This document shows positions 39,501 through 52,457 of a DNA stretch of 64,000 nucleotides, piece after piece. Made by a program: the position numbers and the translations under genes. Under the pieces are notes generated by a model. The model was not told the DNA's origin. It ran no database searches and worked only from the letters and a program-made list of their open reading frames with translations. The stretch covers positions 50,780,001 to 50,844,000 of the forward strand of contig CM052816.1 in the NCBI GenBank assembly GCA_028534125.1. Reading direction: 5' to 3'. This DNA is from Lama glama. Its lineage: Eukaryota. Position 1 is the first letter of the stretch, and each line of letters starts with the position of its first letter.

Positions 39501-40259
39501 TCACATCTGCCAACTGAAAAGACAAGGAAAATAAAAATAAAAAAGAGTGATCCCAAGGTCCCCAGTTGGTCTGATTTCCTCTCTGCACTTTTCAGAGTCT
39601 TCTCACACTACCTTTATATGTATCTTCAGGGTTGTTGGTCCTACTTAGTGACAGCAATAGGAATATTTATGTCTACTCCATCTGCCCAGAAGTGAGAGTC
39701 TGTTGGCTGTAATTTTATTAGTTTCTAAAATGATTTTTATGCTCAGCATGTTTCTCTTCCTGAAGGAACATGAGGATATTCGCCCCGAGTCATCATCTGA
39801 TTGGTCCCCCTTTTCCATATGGTTCTACCTGAAGGCAAACTCACTACGGGTTTTTGATAGGGGACATTTTCATAGGTAAATTTGCTCATATTGCCTTTGG
39901 CCTACTTATTCCTTAACGGAAATCACATTATTACAGCCCTAAAAAGTAGTTTGAAATTTCAGAGTAAGTCATTATGGTGAAGAAGAAAAAATATATAATG
40001 ATGACATTAGACAGTATTTTGGTTGAAAAGATCATTTTCAATGATTTTTTTTCTAAAGCCAAAAAAAAAAGACTTCTATCACTATGCACAAAATTCTATG
40101 TCAAAAGAAAGTGTAAAGCAAAGCACCATTATACAAAAGTAATTTAAACAAAAGAGGGAAATTATATCCAGAATAGAAATCCTTTAAATTATACTTTATT
40201 TTAGGGAGAGCAGCCCGGAGAGAAAGAACACTGAGAGAGCATGGGTTAGGTATCCTCCC

Positions 40260-40580
40260 TTTGCCTCTCCTCCATCCTTCTCAACCTTGCTAGGTGCCTT
40301 AGGTAGCTGACCGAGAGAAGTAGGTCATCAACAGGTTCCCTTGCCCTCTGGCTTCACGCTGGTTTTGACTAACAGGAATCCTGATGGCAGATGGAAGGAA
40401 GGCAGTGAGACGGATGTTAGGGAAGCCCCTTCCTGTGGAGTCACCTTAGGCTGCTATGTTCCTTCAGAGAAGGTCACCATTCCTCTCAAGACCGCTTTCT
40501 TGACACCCTCTCCTCTTCAGGGTGCCTTCCTCTCTGCATAGGGGTGGTTACAACTCCCTTGTCACTAATCCCAAGAAGGG
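40260..40580 (+). mobile_element. LTR33-like ERVL LTR fragment
   Basis: 'catcaacaggttcccttgccctctggcttc', 'gaaggtcacc', 'taggggtggttacaactccc'. Confidence 0.75.
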
Positions 40581-41239
40581 CACTAGCTCCATTATGAGAA
40601 GTTTTCAGAACTGACAGAATGTTTTATGCCAAAAACAGTCTTTATCTGACACACGTATTGTGTTGCTCTGAACACTGGAAGTTTCAAACAGGCTTTTAAG
40701 ATTATCTCATTTCCATATTCATCTTGACCATGTTTCTTAACAGTGCCTTAGAATCTTGTCAGACACATTTTGAATGGGATGGGAGATTCTGTGCTTGCAT
40801 CCACTCAGGCTCCCAGACCTCTTACCTGCAGTCAAGTCTTTAAATAGCATTTGGGGGCTGTGATGAAATGAAGGGTATCAAAGACCCAAACTGGAGTGTG
40901 GTTTGATCTAGTTCTTTATGGTGAGGCTATCTTCCCTGCCCACCCACTTTGTCTCTCTAGATCCATACCTGTTTCAGTCTTATCTTCAGGCAGGCATCCT
41001 CAGTGTCCTTTAGCCTCCTTCCAAGAACTAGGAAGCCCCTGCTCCTAGCTTTAGCAAAGCCCTTCTAGTCACCATTATCCCTCAGGTATCATAATCTTGG
41101 CTGCCAGGGCTTCAGCTCAGCTCACATTTTGCACTTCTTTTTCATTTCTGGTCAAAGGAGTTTTTTATCTTGTTTTGTGTCTCTTTTTTGTTGTTGTTTA
41201 TTTTAAATTTGTTGTTCAATAAATTCATTCTTCCCCTCT

Positions 41240-43830
41240 TTTCAAATATACATCATTTAAGGTTATGAATTTTCCTTTTGTACTGTTGTAGTTATAGTCT
41301 CTAAATGTTGTTATAAATATGTTCATTTTTATTTTAACCATTTTCTATGAATTCCTTTCTTGGCCTATTAGTTCATATTAATTTGTAAATTTCATATTAA
41401 TTCTTTCCTTGGCCTATGAGGTATTCAGTGATAAGTTATAGATTAAACATATAGGGTCTTTTTTGGTTATCTAATTGTTATTGACTGCTACCTTAAATTT
41501 TATCATCAAAGAATTACACAATAGTAGATCTCTAAAATTTATTAAAACTTGCCTTATGGGCTACTCTGTGGTAATTTTTTATATCTATTCCATGTGTGCT
41601 TAACAATATTGTGAAATATATTTGGAGAGGCAGGTTTATAATACATCTGTTAGATCAAATTTTGTTTGTCACACAATTCTTATTTTCTACATTCTTGCTA
41701 ACATTTTCACACTTACTCTATAAGTTATAATTTAGTGTCATAAAATCTATTATGAAAGTAGGTTTGTCAATTTCTCATATTTATGTTAAAACTTGCTTTT
41801 TTAATATTTAGAAGTTATATTTTCTATGTATAATTCTATGTATATTTACAATTGTATAATTCTTAGTGAAATGAATCTATTGTTATTGTACACTAACTCT
41901 TTTTATTACTCATATATTCTATTGTTTTAAGGTTTATTTTGTGTGGCATTAATTTTATAGCAGATTTCTTTTCATTAGGGTTTGCCTGATACATTCTTTT
42001 CTATACCTTAATTTTAAGCTTTCTGTGTTCTTACCTTTTATGTTTATCTCTTCCCAACAGCATGGAATTAGATTTTTTAAAAGCCAATATGATATCAGTC
42101 TTTTAACTAGAGTGTTTGGTCTGTTTATATATATATTTGATTGTTGATATATTTGTTATTATTCCTACCATCTCATTTTGTACTTACAATTTGTCCTATT
42201 TTTTTTTCTGTGATTCCTTCCCCACCACCACCAAGTTTTTCTGCCCTTTTGGAGGTTATTTCCGCTATTTTATTTCCATTTTTCCTTTTTTATTAGGTTT
42301 TTAAGTCATATATAACATTTGGTACCCCTTAACACTGTCAATGATTTTTAAGTTAATCATCTTCGTCTTCCTCCCATGCAATAGAAAAAACTTGGATACT
42401 AATCCCATGAGTCCAGTTTCATCTTACATCATGTTATTTGTTTCTATACTTAAACTCTTATTTAAAACAATCATTATTGTTTTACATGCTCAATACTTTT
42501 CAGGAGTTACCCACATGTTTAAAAATGTCTTTCTTCATCTTTTTTTTCTTCTTAAATATTCTTTTTGGGTTCAATTTCTTTCTTCTCAAAGTACATCATC
42601 TAGAAGGTTTTGTTGAAACGTCTACTGGTAGTCTAATCTCTACTTTGATTTGTCTGAAAATGGCCTATTCCGTTCTTTAAGAAAAATATTCTAAGTTGAC
42701 AATACTTTTGTTAGCATTTTGAAGATATTATTTCACTATTGCTGTTGAGAAGTTATCCATCAGTATGACTACTTTTCCTTTATAGATAATGTTTCTGTTC
42801 TCTCCAAGTGCTTTTAAACTCTTTATTTTGGTTTGGGTTTTGTGCAGCTTCACAGCAATGTGTGTAGATATGGAATTTTTAATGTATTTGTCAGGATTCC
42901 TGAATCTTCTCTTGAGCTCTAAAACCTTTTTAACCATTTATCACTGATATTGACTCTTATCATTTTCTCTTTTTAAAACTCCAGTTAGGTAGATTTAGAT
43001 ATTCTCATTTTACCACCTTCCCTGTGTTTCTTTAACTTATTTTCATATTTCCCCTCACTTTCTCTTTGATGTATGTTCCAGATGATTTTTCTCAGAATTA
43101 TTTTCCAGTTGATTGTTTCTTCCTTTAATTGTATTTAGTCTACTATTTAACCTGCCCATTAAACTTTTATTTTCATTTCTGTAAATTCTTTTTCTAATCT
43201 GCTTTTAGTCTCTTGGTTTCAATCTTAGTTCTCTAGATACTTAATCACTTTATGCTTCTTACATGATACTTCCAAAATTTGAAGTCCTTTGAGCTTTAAT
43301 TCCTCCATTTATTTCTGCTAATTTGTGGAATTTGTCCTGCTGTTTATAATGTGGGTACATGTTCCGACTTTGGTGATCTGTGAGAACCATGAGGGTTTAA
43401 GCTGCAGAGGCATTCTCAGCAGTTGTGCATTTGTTTCTTCCAGGGACTCTAGAATATTTAAGACCACTTTAAATTAATTTTCTATTATAGGTTTCCTGGA
43501 CTGCACAGGTAGTCCAAATTTACAACTCCAAACTCTTGTAATGGCTGGCCCCAGGAGGGAATTTCCTTTTTCCACTGTAAAGACAAATTAATTTTTTGTC
43601 TCCTTTTTCAAAAAAGCATAAATTTTTATTGCCTACCCTACAGCATTCTTAGTTCCAATCCCTACCTTGCACAGGCCTAAAATCTTGTTTCTGTCCTGTA
43701 TGTGGCTGTTAAAATCCATGACCATATGGTTCTGGTGCTGCCAGACACCTCTGCGGCTGCCTTAGCATTAGAAGAAGTTTACAGTTTCATCTTCATTTTT
43801 GGTCCCTGAGAATTACAAACATACTCTTAT
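41240..43830 (-). mobile_element. Ancient L1 (L1M/L1ME-type): 5' region, ORF1 and start of ORF2, decayed
   Basis: ORF 42728-42937 'SISTHIAVKLHKTQTKIKSLKALGENRNIIYKGKVVILMDNFSTA' resembles the L1 ORF1p C-terminal part (RHIIVK...KILKAAREK..ITYKG..IRL.ADFS); strong T bias on + strand. Confidence 0.8.
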
Positions 43831-44039
43831 TTTCTTGATGTGAAATTAATACTTGTACTGATAAATATAAAAATATATTCTTCATTTGTCTGTTGCTTAA
43901 AGTCCTTTCTTGCTTTATTTTTATTCACTTTTCATGCATATAATTCTTTTTTATTTTTTTCTAATGATAACCATTGAATGGAGCCAGCTTCTTGCTAAAG
44001 AATAGTGTCAGGTGGGGTGTTCTTGAGTCGGGAATACAC

Positions 44040-44175
44040 ATGCATCTTCATCTCTGGAAGCTAATTCTGTGAAGACTGAGATGTTTCTCCTTTTCACTGC
44101 TAAATCCCAACAGAGAGCAGTGGCTCTGGCACAAAGAAGGTTCTCAGTGAATATTTTTTGAACAAACAGATGGAC
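44040..44175 (+). mobile_element. L2 LINE 3' end
   Basis: 'ttcactgctaaatcccaa...ctggcacaaagaaggttctcagtgaatattttttgaac'. Confidence 0.75.
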
Positions 44176-45094
44176 AAGTCTACAACCTGGGTATAAATAT
44201 AAACTGAATGCTTTCTCATTGTGTCTGTTTTTTCTTATCTGGGTACATATTTCTCTTCCTTCAAGATTGGCATTCAAAACTCCAGCTTTTTTTCACAGTA
44301 AAACCCCTCATATGCCAGATTGTTTCCTCTCTGCCCTATCACTTACCTAGGCTAAGAGACTACAGCAGAGGTAATTCCTGGCCGTTCTGAGCTCTCTGAG
44401 CCAGCCATCTACAAGGAATAGTTTTACTTCCCCTAGGTTTGCCCACAGTCTGGAACTCTTCTCTCTTTGATTAAAGAATCTCTCAGGACCATAACGCTGA
44501 TGTTTAAGGAAATTTGTCTCCTGCCTTGTGTCTGAAGAGGTTTGTCTGGGCACTCAGTTCCCTCTTCTTTTTGCTGGTGTCTGTTTCTCAGTATTTGGAA
44601 GGTTTGTTTTATAATTTGTGGTTTGAGGTTGTGGCTATTTCGGTGTCTTATTAAAAATGGAGAGCTTTTTCCCTTCGATTTTCACTGATTTATTATTCAC
44701 AATTGGGTTTGACAAAGAGTGTGAGTTTTACCCATGGTGACTTCCTCTGCTGGAGTGTCATCTACCCACATACACCTCCTTTTTTTTTGGTCATTATTGC
44801 CACCATGTTCTTGCTTTTAGAAAACTGCACCATTTTTAATGTTTCAACCTCCAGCTCAGACTTTTCCTCCACAATCAATTCTCATTTCACTATCTCTGGG
44901 GATTATTAACTTTAAGTTGGGAACAAGAAAATTATCTGGTGTTTTTCTCCCCATAATTTGTGCATCACCATATAGCATTTCAGTGTTTGAGCTCTGAGAC
45001 CAGTTACAGTAATGTCTAATGGGCAGCCTCATTGCATAGATATCTAAGTTGAATTCCTTTATACTATTGCTCTATAAGCATTAGAGTTTTTAAC

Positions 45095-45270
45095 AGATTT
45101 GAACAATGTAAAATTTCATAAATTTCTTTTGTGACCAACAGAATGTACTGCAAGATGGCAGGTCTGGTTAGGCGAGCCATCTGCATCAACAGAAACAAAC
45201 AGTTAACCAGGCCATAGGAATCAAATTTATGACCTTTGTTTTATTAGGATTCCACCTAAGTGAACCATGG
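45095..45270 (-). mobile_element. MamSINE1-like ancient tRNA-derived SINE
   Basis: Minus strand reads 'ctaataaaacaaaggtcataaatttgattcc' (decayed tRNA-Ile-like head), then 'taaccagacctgccatcttgcagtacattctgttggtcacaa'. Confidence 0.6.
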
Positions 45271-45803
45271 GCTCAGTTTCCTATTCTGTAATAATGTGCT
45301 CTAATATTCAATCTATTTATGTTCCCAGCTACCTCATAACAAAATATAATACATTTCAAGTTACTTAAAAAAAAAGCAATTGTTTTCCACCACATGTATG
45401 TTTTTCTCTCCCTTGCATGTTAGAAATCAAAGTAAGATAACCAATAAAATAGAAAAAAAAAGCATAAATAATTTTCTGCCCAATCATTTTTCTAAAATTG
45501 TGATAAATCTATATGTTTTTGGCTTCCTTTTAGCCCATATCTGATACCACTCTAATACTATCTTTAAGTAAAAATCTAGCAGGTTTCATTTGTTTATTTT
45601 TAAGTTTAATCAATTTATACTGTGGAAACAAAGAAGAATAAATCTTGCCAAAAATGTAACATACTTTACATTTGTGGAAAGGAACTCATGTAGGATCACC
45701 ACAATTCAGCCTCTGAAATCTTTGACATTATCTATTATTTGAAGTGCAATTTTCTTCCCTTGCCAGTAATTATCTGGGCATTAGATCACTTTTGTATACT
45801 CTA

Positions 45804-46336
45804 AAGTCAGTTCTGCAATAATGTTTGTTTTGAAAAATGCAAGTTTCAAAGCAGTTGATATATCAGGTAACAGTTTTAGCAGATCACAGATTTTGTGTTT
45901 ATGTGTAATTCTGACTGTGAGAAACAATAGGTGAACACAGAAAACTGCACTTTGCTCAACAGTGCGATGACTAGGAACACACAAAGCACATATGTGCACA
46001 CATCTCAGGTTTTAACTGCCACCAGCTACTTCAGTTCACTACACGTGTTGTGAGCCACACCAACACATCTAGTGTTACAACTCTTCATCCCAACTCAAAG
46101 GACCCTCCTTCTACCATGTTGCAATAACTTACAAACTGCAACCCTTGCAAAGCCCACTTCCGCAAGTGAATGTCCGTTTTCCTCCAGTAGAGTGCCACGT
46201 TTAGCATAGTGTTTATGTATTCCTTAACCATTTAACAAGTGTACAACTGTGCTACCAGTTTTGTAAAGTTATTATTTTACTTTGTTGAGAAAATTTTTGA
46301 GTGCTATGCCCTTAGCTCCATTTTCACTCAATCCCT
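45804..46336 (+). mobile_element. MER82 (TcMar-Tigger) DNA transposon, left part
   Basis: TA followed by 'aagtcagttctgcaataa' TIR; internal 'aggtgaacacagaaaactgcac', 'accagctacttcagttcac', 'cttaaccatttaacaagtgt'. Confidence 0.85.
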
Positions 46337-46560
46337 TTATTATTTTTTTCATTAAAATTTAGGCGGTTTACAATGTTGTATCAATTTCTGGAGTTCAGTA
46401 TAATATTTAAGTCATACATATACATACATATATTCCTTTTCATATTCTTTTTCATTATAGATTACTACAAGATATTGAATACAGTTTCAAGTAGAAACTT
46501 GTTTATTTTATATATAGTAGCTAATATCTGCAAATCTCAAACTCAGTTTATTCCTCCCTT
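46337..46560 (-). mobile_element. Lineage-specific L1 3' end (camelid/cetartiodactyl type)
   Basis: 'tttacaatgttgtatcaatttctgg...catacatatacatacatatatt...actacaagatattgaata...gcaaatctcaaactc'; its reverse complement resembles the element at 28836. Confidence 0.8.
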
Positions 46561-46561
46561 G

Positions 46562-47700
46562 TATTTTTTTTTAATTGACCATTTTTGGTATGAGATAATT
46601 GTAGATTCACTTGCAGTTGTAAGAAATAATACTGATACATCCAGTGTATCCTTTACCCAATCAGTTCTCCCAATGATAACATCCTGCAAAACTATGGTAT
46701 AATATCACAACCAAGATACTATTATTGAGACAGTCAAGATAGAGAATGATTCCATCACCACAGGGATCCTTCCTGTTGCCTTTTTATAAATATTCCTATT
46801 TCCCTCATGGTCCCCCTCCTCCTCTTTAACTCCTGGCTACCATTAATCTGTTCTCCATTTCTATAGTTTTGTCACTTCAAGAATGTTATACAAATGAAAT
46901 CTATAGCATAGAACCTTCTAGGGATTGAATTTTTTCACTCAGCCTAATTCCCTTGAGACTCATGTTGCTTATCTATAATTCATCCTTTTTTTATCTCTGA
47001 GGAAACGTCCACGTTATGAATGAACCACAGCGTAACTACTCAGGGTTGAAGAGCATCTGGATTGTTCCTAGTTTGAGGTTATTACCAATACAGCTGCTAA
47101 GAACATCCATGTAAAGGTTTTTATGTGAACATAAGTCTATTTCTCTGGGATAAATGCCCAGCAGTGCCAATTCTGGGCTGTATGGGAGTTGCATGCTTAG
47201 TTTATTAAGAAATTGTTGAACTGTTTTCCAGAGTGGCTGTACCATTTTACGTTCCCACTAGCAAGGTATAAGTGACCCAGTTTCTCCACATTCTCACCAG
47301 CATTTAACATTGACACTATTTGTTTACTTTAGCCATTCTGACAGGTGTGTGGGCTATCTTATTGTGATTTTCATCTGCATTTCTCTCATGGCTAACATTG
47401 TTGAACATCTTTTCACGCGCTTATTTACCATCTGTATATCCTCTTCAGTGAAATGTCTTTTTCTGACTTTTTTCCCCCCCAATTAGATTGGCTTATTTGC
47501 TTTTTTTTACTGTTAAGATTTTTAAATTCTTTATATATTCTAGATACTAGTCCTTTGTCAGCTATGTGGATGGCATTTTTTCCCCCATCTATAGCTTGTC
47601 TTTCCACATTCTTAACAGGGTCTCTCAAAGATCAAAAGTTTTGCACTTTGAGGAGGTTCAATTCATCAGTTTTGCCTTTTAGAGCTCAAGCTTTGGTGTC
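46562..47700 (-). mobile_element. L1MC-like LINE, 3' UTR and ORF2 C-terminus
   Basis: Peptides 'VQPLWKTVQQFLNKLSMQLPYSPELALLGIYPRE' and 'IADKGLVSRIYKE' match L1 ORF2p; 3' UTR 'agattcacttgcagttgtaagaaataatac'. Confidence 0.93.
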
Positions 47701-47784
47701 AAAGCTCTATGGTTTCTGTTAAATGATTCTGCATAGCATGTGGTTTTAGGGCATGCCTGAGTCATATTGTAGCAGAACTGACTG
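47701..47784 (+). mobile_element. MER82, right part
   Basis: Ends 'ttgtagcagaactgactg' followed by TA; inverted copy of the TIR at 45804. Confidence 0.85.
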
Positions 47785-49053
47785 TACTTGGGAAAAACAG
47801 AATTAAGAACTATTAGGGAAGCAAACTTATCATTTTAAAATAAGCTGTCACTGGCTCAATGAAATGATAAAATCCCTAGTAAATTCCTGGGTTCCATTTA
47901 AAACAATCTTGAAAAACTGATTTTAAGTCTGGTTTCATACTGCGCTAAATTCATTGTAGGTGTGGCAATTATCTGCTTAGTTGGACAGTAACAATGAAGA
48001 TGAACTCGGGGAATAGATTCCCCACAAGTTTACAAGTTTCAATGTGGAGATTCATCCCCTTCACAGCAGTGCACTGTGTTTAGCCGCTAGTTTCAATCAT
48101 CAATAGGAAAGTATCTGTCAATGAGTTTCGCTATTAAGTATTCTTGTTAAAAGATCTCTTTATCTCACTGCTTTTCAATTCAGCAAGACCTCTCTTGCAA
48201 CAAAAAGCTGAATGTTTTTCCAACTAGACCCTCAGGAAAGATACCACTTTAGCTCTGAAAGCCATTATGAAAAAGTGACCTTTTTACCTTTGCCTGACCA
48301 GGGCTTTCCCAGATGCAAATTTAATGGTTTAAACGCTGAATGCTATCAGCCTCATAAAGCACGCAACCTCCTCTCATCAAAGCCTCCATCGTAATTTAAC
48401 TGCCGAGGCCGCCCCTGTGCAGCAGTCTCCAGCCGTGTGCCTGCCAGAGCAGCCATCAGATCAGTCCTGCCCTTTCTACAGCTCTCAGGGGTACTGAGGA
48501 TTGACCTCGAGTTAGGGCTCTTCCATGTCAAGGAAGGGGAGAGAAGAAAATAAATTATTACATAAAACAAAGACTATATTATTTGGTACATATGTTATGG
48601 TTTACCCCATTTCATCCTCTGAACAAGAGCTTGTCTGCCTTCAACTTTTCCAGGCTCTTAAAAATCCCTCTTTATAGTCTGTGCAGTCAACTTAATGAGG
48701 ACCATTTGAGGAGCATAAGCGAAATGATGTCATTTGGTCTCTCTCTTTTTTTTCCCTCTCAGCCTCTAACTGCAGGATTTGATCCACCCTGAGCGAGACA
48801 CAATACACATACAGTCTCAGAATTATTAAGGTGGAAGCTCTGACCTGCTTCAGAGCACCAAACGAATTCCTGCCTCTTCTACCATCCTAGTCTATACTGG
48901 ATTTCCCCCAGAATTTATCAAGCACCAATGTGCCAGGCATTCTGTTAGACAGTTTTATTTCATATGCATTCATTTTTCTCTCACAACAGTCTTCAGTGCT
49001 AGCTTACACAGCTCTGCAAGATTAGTATTAGACTTGCCTCATTATATTACACC

Positions 49054-49479
49054 CAGTGGAGTGCTGGAGCCAGGCTGTGCTGGCTTGTAAGAACCGATTG
49101 TTAAATTTTCAAGAGTTTTGTGAGCACTTATTCAATACAGCTATTATTAAAAGTTATTATTATATAAACTTACAATTAAATCAATTATATTCAAACCAAA
49201 GGTAACAAATACTCAAAATTTACCACTTCCTAATTATTTTACTAGATTTTCTCATTATCTGTGCCCTGGAGGTTATTTGTCACTATGGATTCTGTGTCAT
49301 GAAAATACTAGGAGATGGTATGCTCCTGAATATGTCTTTCCAATTCCACCTTCAGTGATATTATGTTGGTGGCTTAAAATTGGCACTGATATTTACACCA
49401 TAGAAATCAACAAATGCTACCAATCGGGGTTTCTTTCCTCTCAAGAGCTGGTTGTTGATAATTTACCAGAACACCAATG
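49054..49479 (+). mobile_element. MER63B-like hAT-Blackjack DNA transposon, full length
   Basis: TIRs 'cagtggagtgctgg' and 'ccagaacaccaatg'; internal 'tatataaacttacaattaaat', 'cacttcctaattattttacta'. Confidence 0.9.
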
Positions 49480-51937
49480 ACTACAATCTTCCATGGCTCA
49501 GATGTTGTACTACGAATGATACCTTATTGACTACCAGTTTTGTGGGTAACTGTGAACTGAAAGAGATTAACTACACGACATAAAGCCCCTGTGTGTCTTA
49601 AATCCTGGTAGCAATCAGAAACCTCTTTTCATTAAATGTATTCTTCTACTGTTCTATGAGGAAACAGCCTCAACTTAGGGACTTGAGCCATGTGCATCAT
49701 ACAGATCGTTATCTGTGTGAGCACCGTGGGTGGGGCCTCAAAGACAGTTTGCCTGAGGAAATGCAGAGTCCTACGTGAAATAACATATCCTAAGGAGAGA
49801 AAAAAGTGATTCACGTATGGACTGAGCACAAAGGTGTGAGCACAGCTGGGATGTATACCACTCTCTAGCTCTTTCTTCTACCTCAAGTTTGTGCCAGAGT
49901 CCTGCACAAGGAAGCCTCTGCAAGACAGAGGGCAGCAGCAGGAGCAAATATGCAATTTCACTAAGATCACTACATGATGTCGACAGCATGAGGCAGCCCA
50001 GCCTTGTGACCAAGGAACGGTGTAGTACGAGTTAGGATAGAGAATTTTTCTTCACTCCAACAAGATACCAACCCAGGACTTAGGGAACTCAAAACAAGAT
50101 GCAAAGTAGGAGAGGTCACAGAAGCCTGACTAGTCTGTCCAGTCTACACTTGGACTTGATTACATGTCCCATAGGACATTCTGCATCATGGAGAATCAGA
50201 TAGGGTACAGAAAGTACAACATCACTGTAACAGACAGATGGGAGAAGACAAAACATCAGAAAGCAAGGATACTATGAGGTATCAGGAGAACAGCATCTCC
50301 AAGTGTGTACTGGTGGCCAGGAGTACTGTCTACATGATCGCACAGGAAAATAAGCTCAAGGGATTTCTTAAGATAACTGGGAGAAATTTAAGAGGGCTGA
50401 GGACTCATACTCTTTTAGAAATTCTACCCTGACACTGTTATTCAAATCCAGTTCACTCCAAGTTTTGATTAGGTGGACTGGGACCAATCCATTTTCTCAT
50501 CGGTGGTTCCAGTGGCTTATCTATATTCTAAGATGGGGAGGCTTAAAACCAGGATTAATATAAATTCTAAGTATGTATTCTGTTACATTCCATGAAGACC
50601 ATAGCTAGAAGTAATGCCAGTATGTATTTAGATAGTTTTCCAGCAAGAAGAATCTGGTATATTCTCTTTTAATGTCTTCATCAGAAAGCATCTTTCTTAA
50701 TAAGCTAATAAAACTGCAGTAAACCCTGTCCTCTGGTTTTGAGGCACTATTATGAACAGATTTGGGGTTTTAGCCCCAGCTGAGTGACCCTTTTCAAGTC
50801 ACAAAAACTTGGTGTCCCTCTGCTCACCATCAGCCATGATAGGGCTCTGACGTCCTAAGATTCTAAGTGGGCCAACCCAGAGGAAACTGAGCTCATAAAG
50901 AAAATGTGTACCCAATTCTTCAAGTGGCCAAACAGCCAATCACTGAACAATCTTCTTTGGGAGAGATCTTCATAGTCATCTTGGAAAGCATCTGGCCTAG
51001 AGGACAGTGCTAATAATCTTTTATGGTTTAATGTATTAGGCCCCATTCTCTGCTTGCCTGACTGGCATGCTGCAGGGCAGGACACTGCTACAGAAGCCTC
51101 CCCAGTGGTTCTCCAAGATACTTCCACAGAGGCATCCCATGCCTTTCAGACTATACAGTTGTGTTGCATGTGTGTATGGGAGGGACATGTCCAGCTCACA
51201 GCTCAGGTCTGAACTCTTGAAGTGTGCTGCCCCCTCTTCATGATTGAGAATAAGTCAGGCCTAGACCAAGCAGGAGTCACATTTTTTCAAGATCCTGTGT
51301 CTACTCAGCCTGTTTAAAAATAAGTAAATAGTTCCTAGGCAAGCTTCATTGTTCACTATTTTTAATATAAAGAGAGAACTTAACATGGAAATAATTTTCA
51401 GATTAGTTAACATGCAACTGCCAAGCCAGGATAAGAAAAGCTCCTGGGAAGCTATTGGCAGTAATGATGGCACTTTTCACACATTACTACAAAGTCATAC
51501 AATTAAGGGGTCTGGTGCTTTTCCAACAGAGAAAAGCAGCTTCTAACAAAAGCAAAATGGGATGTGAGTAGCTGCATGGTTCTCCCTCTCTGACAGGGAC
51601 ATTGGAGGTGGTTGATGGGTTGAGCAGCAGTTGGTCTCACCAAAAGGAATGCTGCTATTGTGCACAGAGATTCTTCACTGGTAACTCACTGGGAGAAAGA
51701 GATTGTAGCAGAGTGCGTGAGAGAAGCGCATTTTTATCTTGAGAAAATGCAACCTTCTGTAGTCCTTACTTTGGTTAAAGCTTGGCTACATACCTGATTA
51801 AACTACACCAAAAGACATGCTGCTTTGGGCATAGTTGGCTAATACTGTGTTGCCTTTCAGTCTTTCTATTTCACCCTGGTGACATAGAGTGGGTCTCAGA
51901 GTCCTGACTGTGGCTCATCAATATTCATGTTGAGTAT

Positions 51938-52094
51938 CAGACAGAATGAACACTGGCCCAGGAGTCCAGGAACCTAAGTTCTAGACATGTCCCTACTACT
52001 ATTCGGCTATATCTCCCTCAGCAAGCCACCCTACCACTCAGAGTTGGGTCAGATAATGATCATGATCTCTTCTAGTTCTACAAAGAACTATGAA
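51938..52094 (+). mobile_element. MIR3/MIRc-like SINE
   Basis: 'cactggcccaggagtccaggaacctaagttctag...cttctagttctacaaagaactatga'. Confidence 0.6.
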
Positions 52095-52457
52095 TACCTT
52101 TGGTTGACAAATCATTTTTAAGTCTCTCACTGGATGAGCATTAATACTTGGACACTTTGGAATGTAAATGTTCTGAGGTCAACTAAAATTAGGGTGATTA
52201 CTCCAGACTCCATATAAGGAGTCTTTGAATTGTTAAAATAAATGACTGATGGGCAGTGAATCCAGGGGCCACTTTGTTGGAGAGAAGGGAAGAATACTTC
52301 TCCGCAGCCCTATAGGGAAAAATTGTTTTCTTAATCTCAGTGGTTCAGTCTTAATTTGTACAGACACTCAGAATGAAAAATACAGGATATATAAAAATAG
52401 AAGTGAAGAATGGGAATTTAGGTTGAGTCAACCTGCCATGCTCTATGAATGACTTAG

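Noticed and set aside
42728..42937. Basic 69-aa ORF
   Set aside because: Decayed L1 ORF1p fragment
45210..45270. tRNA-Ile-like sequence on the minus strand
   Set aside because: Too decayed to form a cloverleaf; better explained as a SINE head
47036..47628. ORFs with real protein similarity
   Set aside because: Frameshifted L1 ORF2p remnants, not host genes
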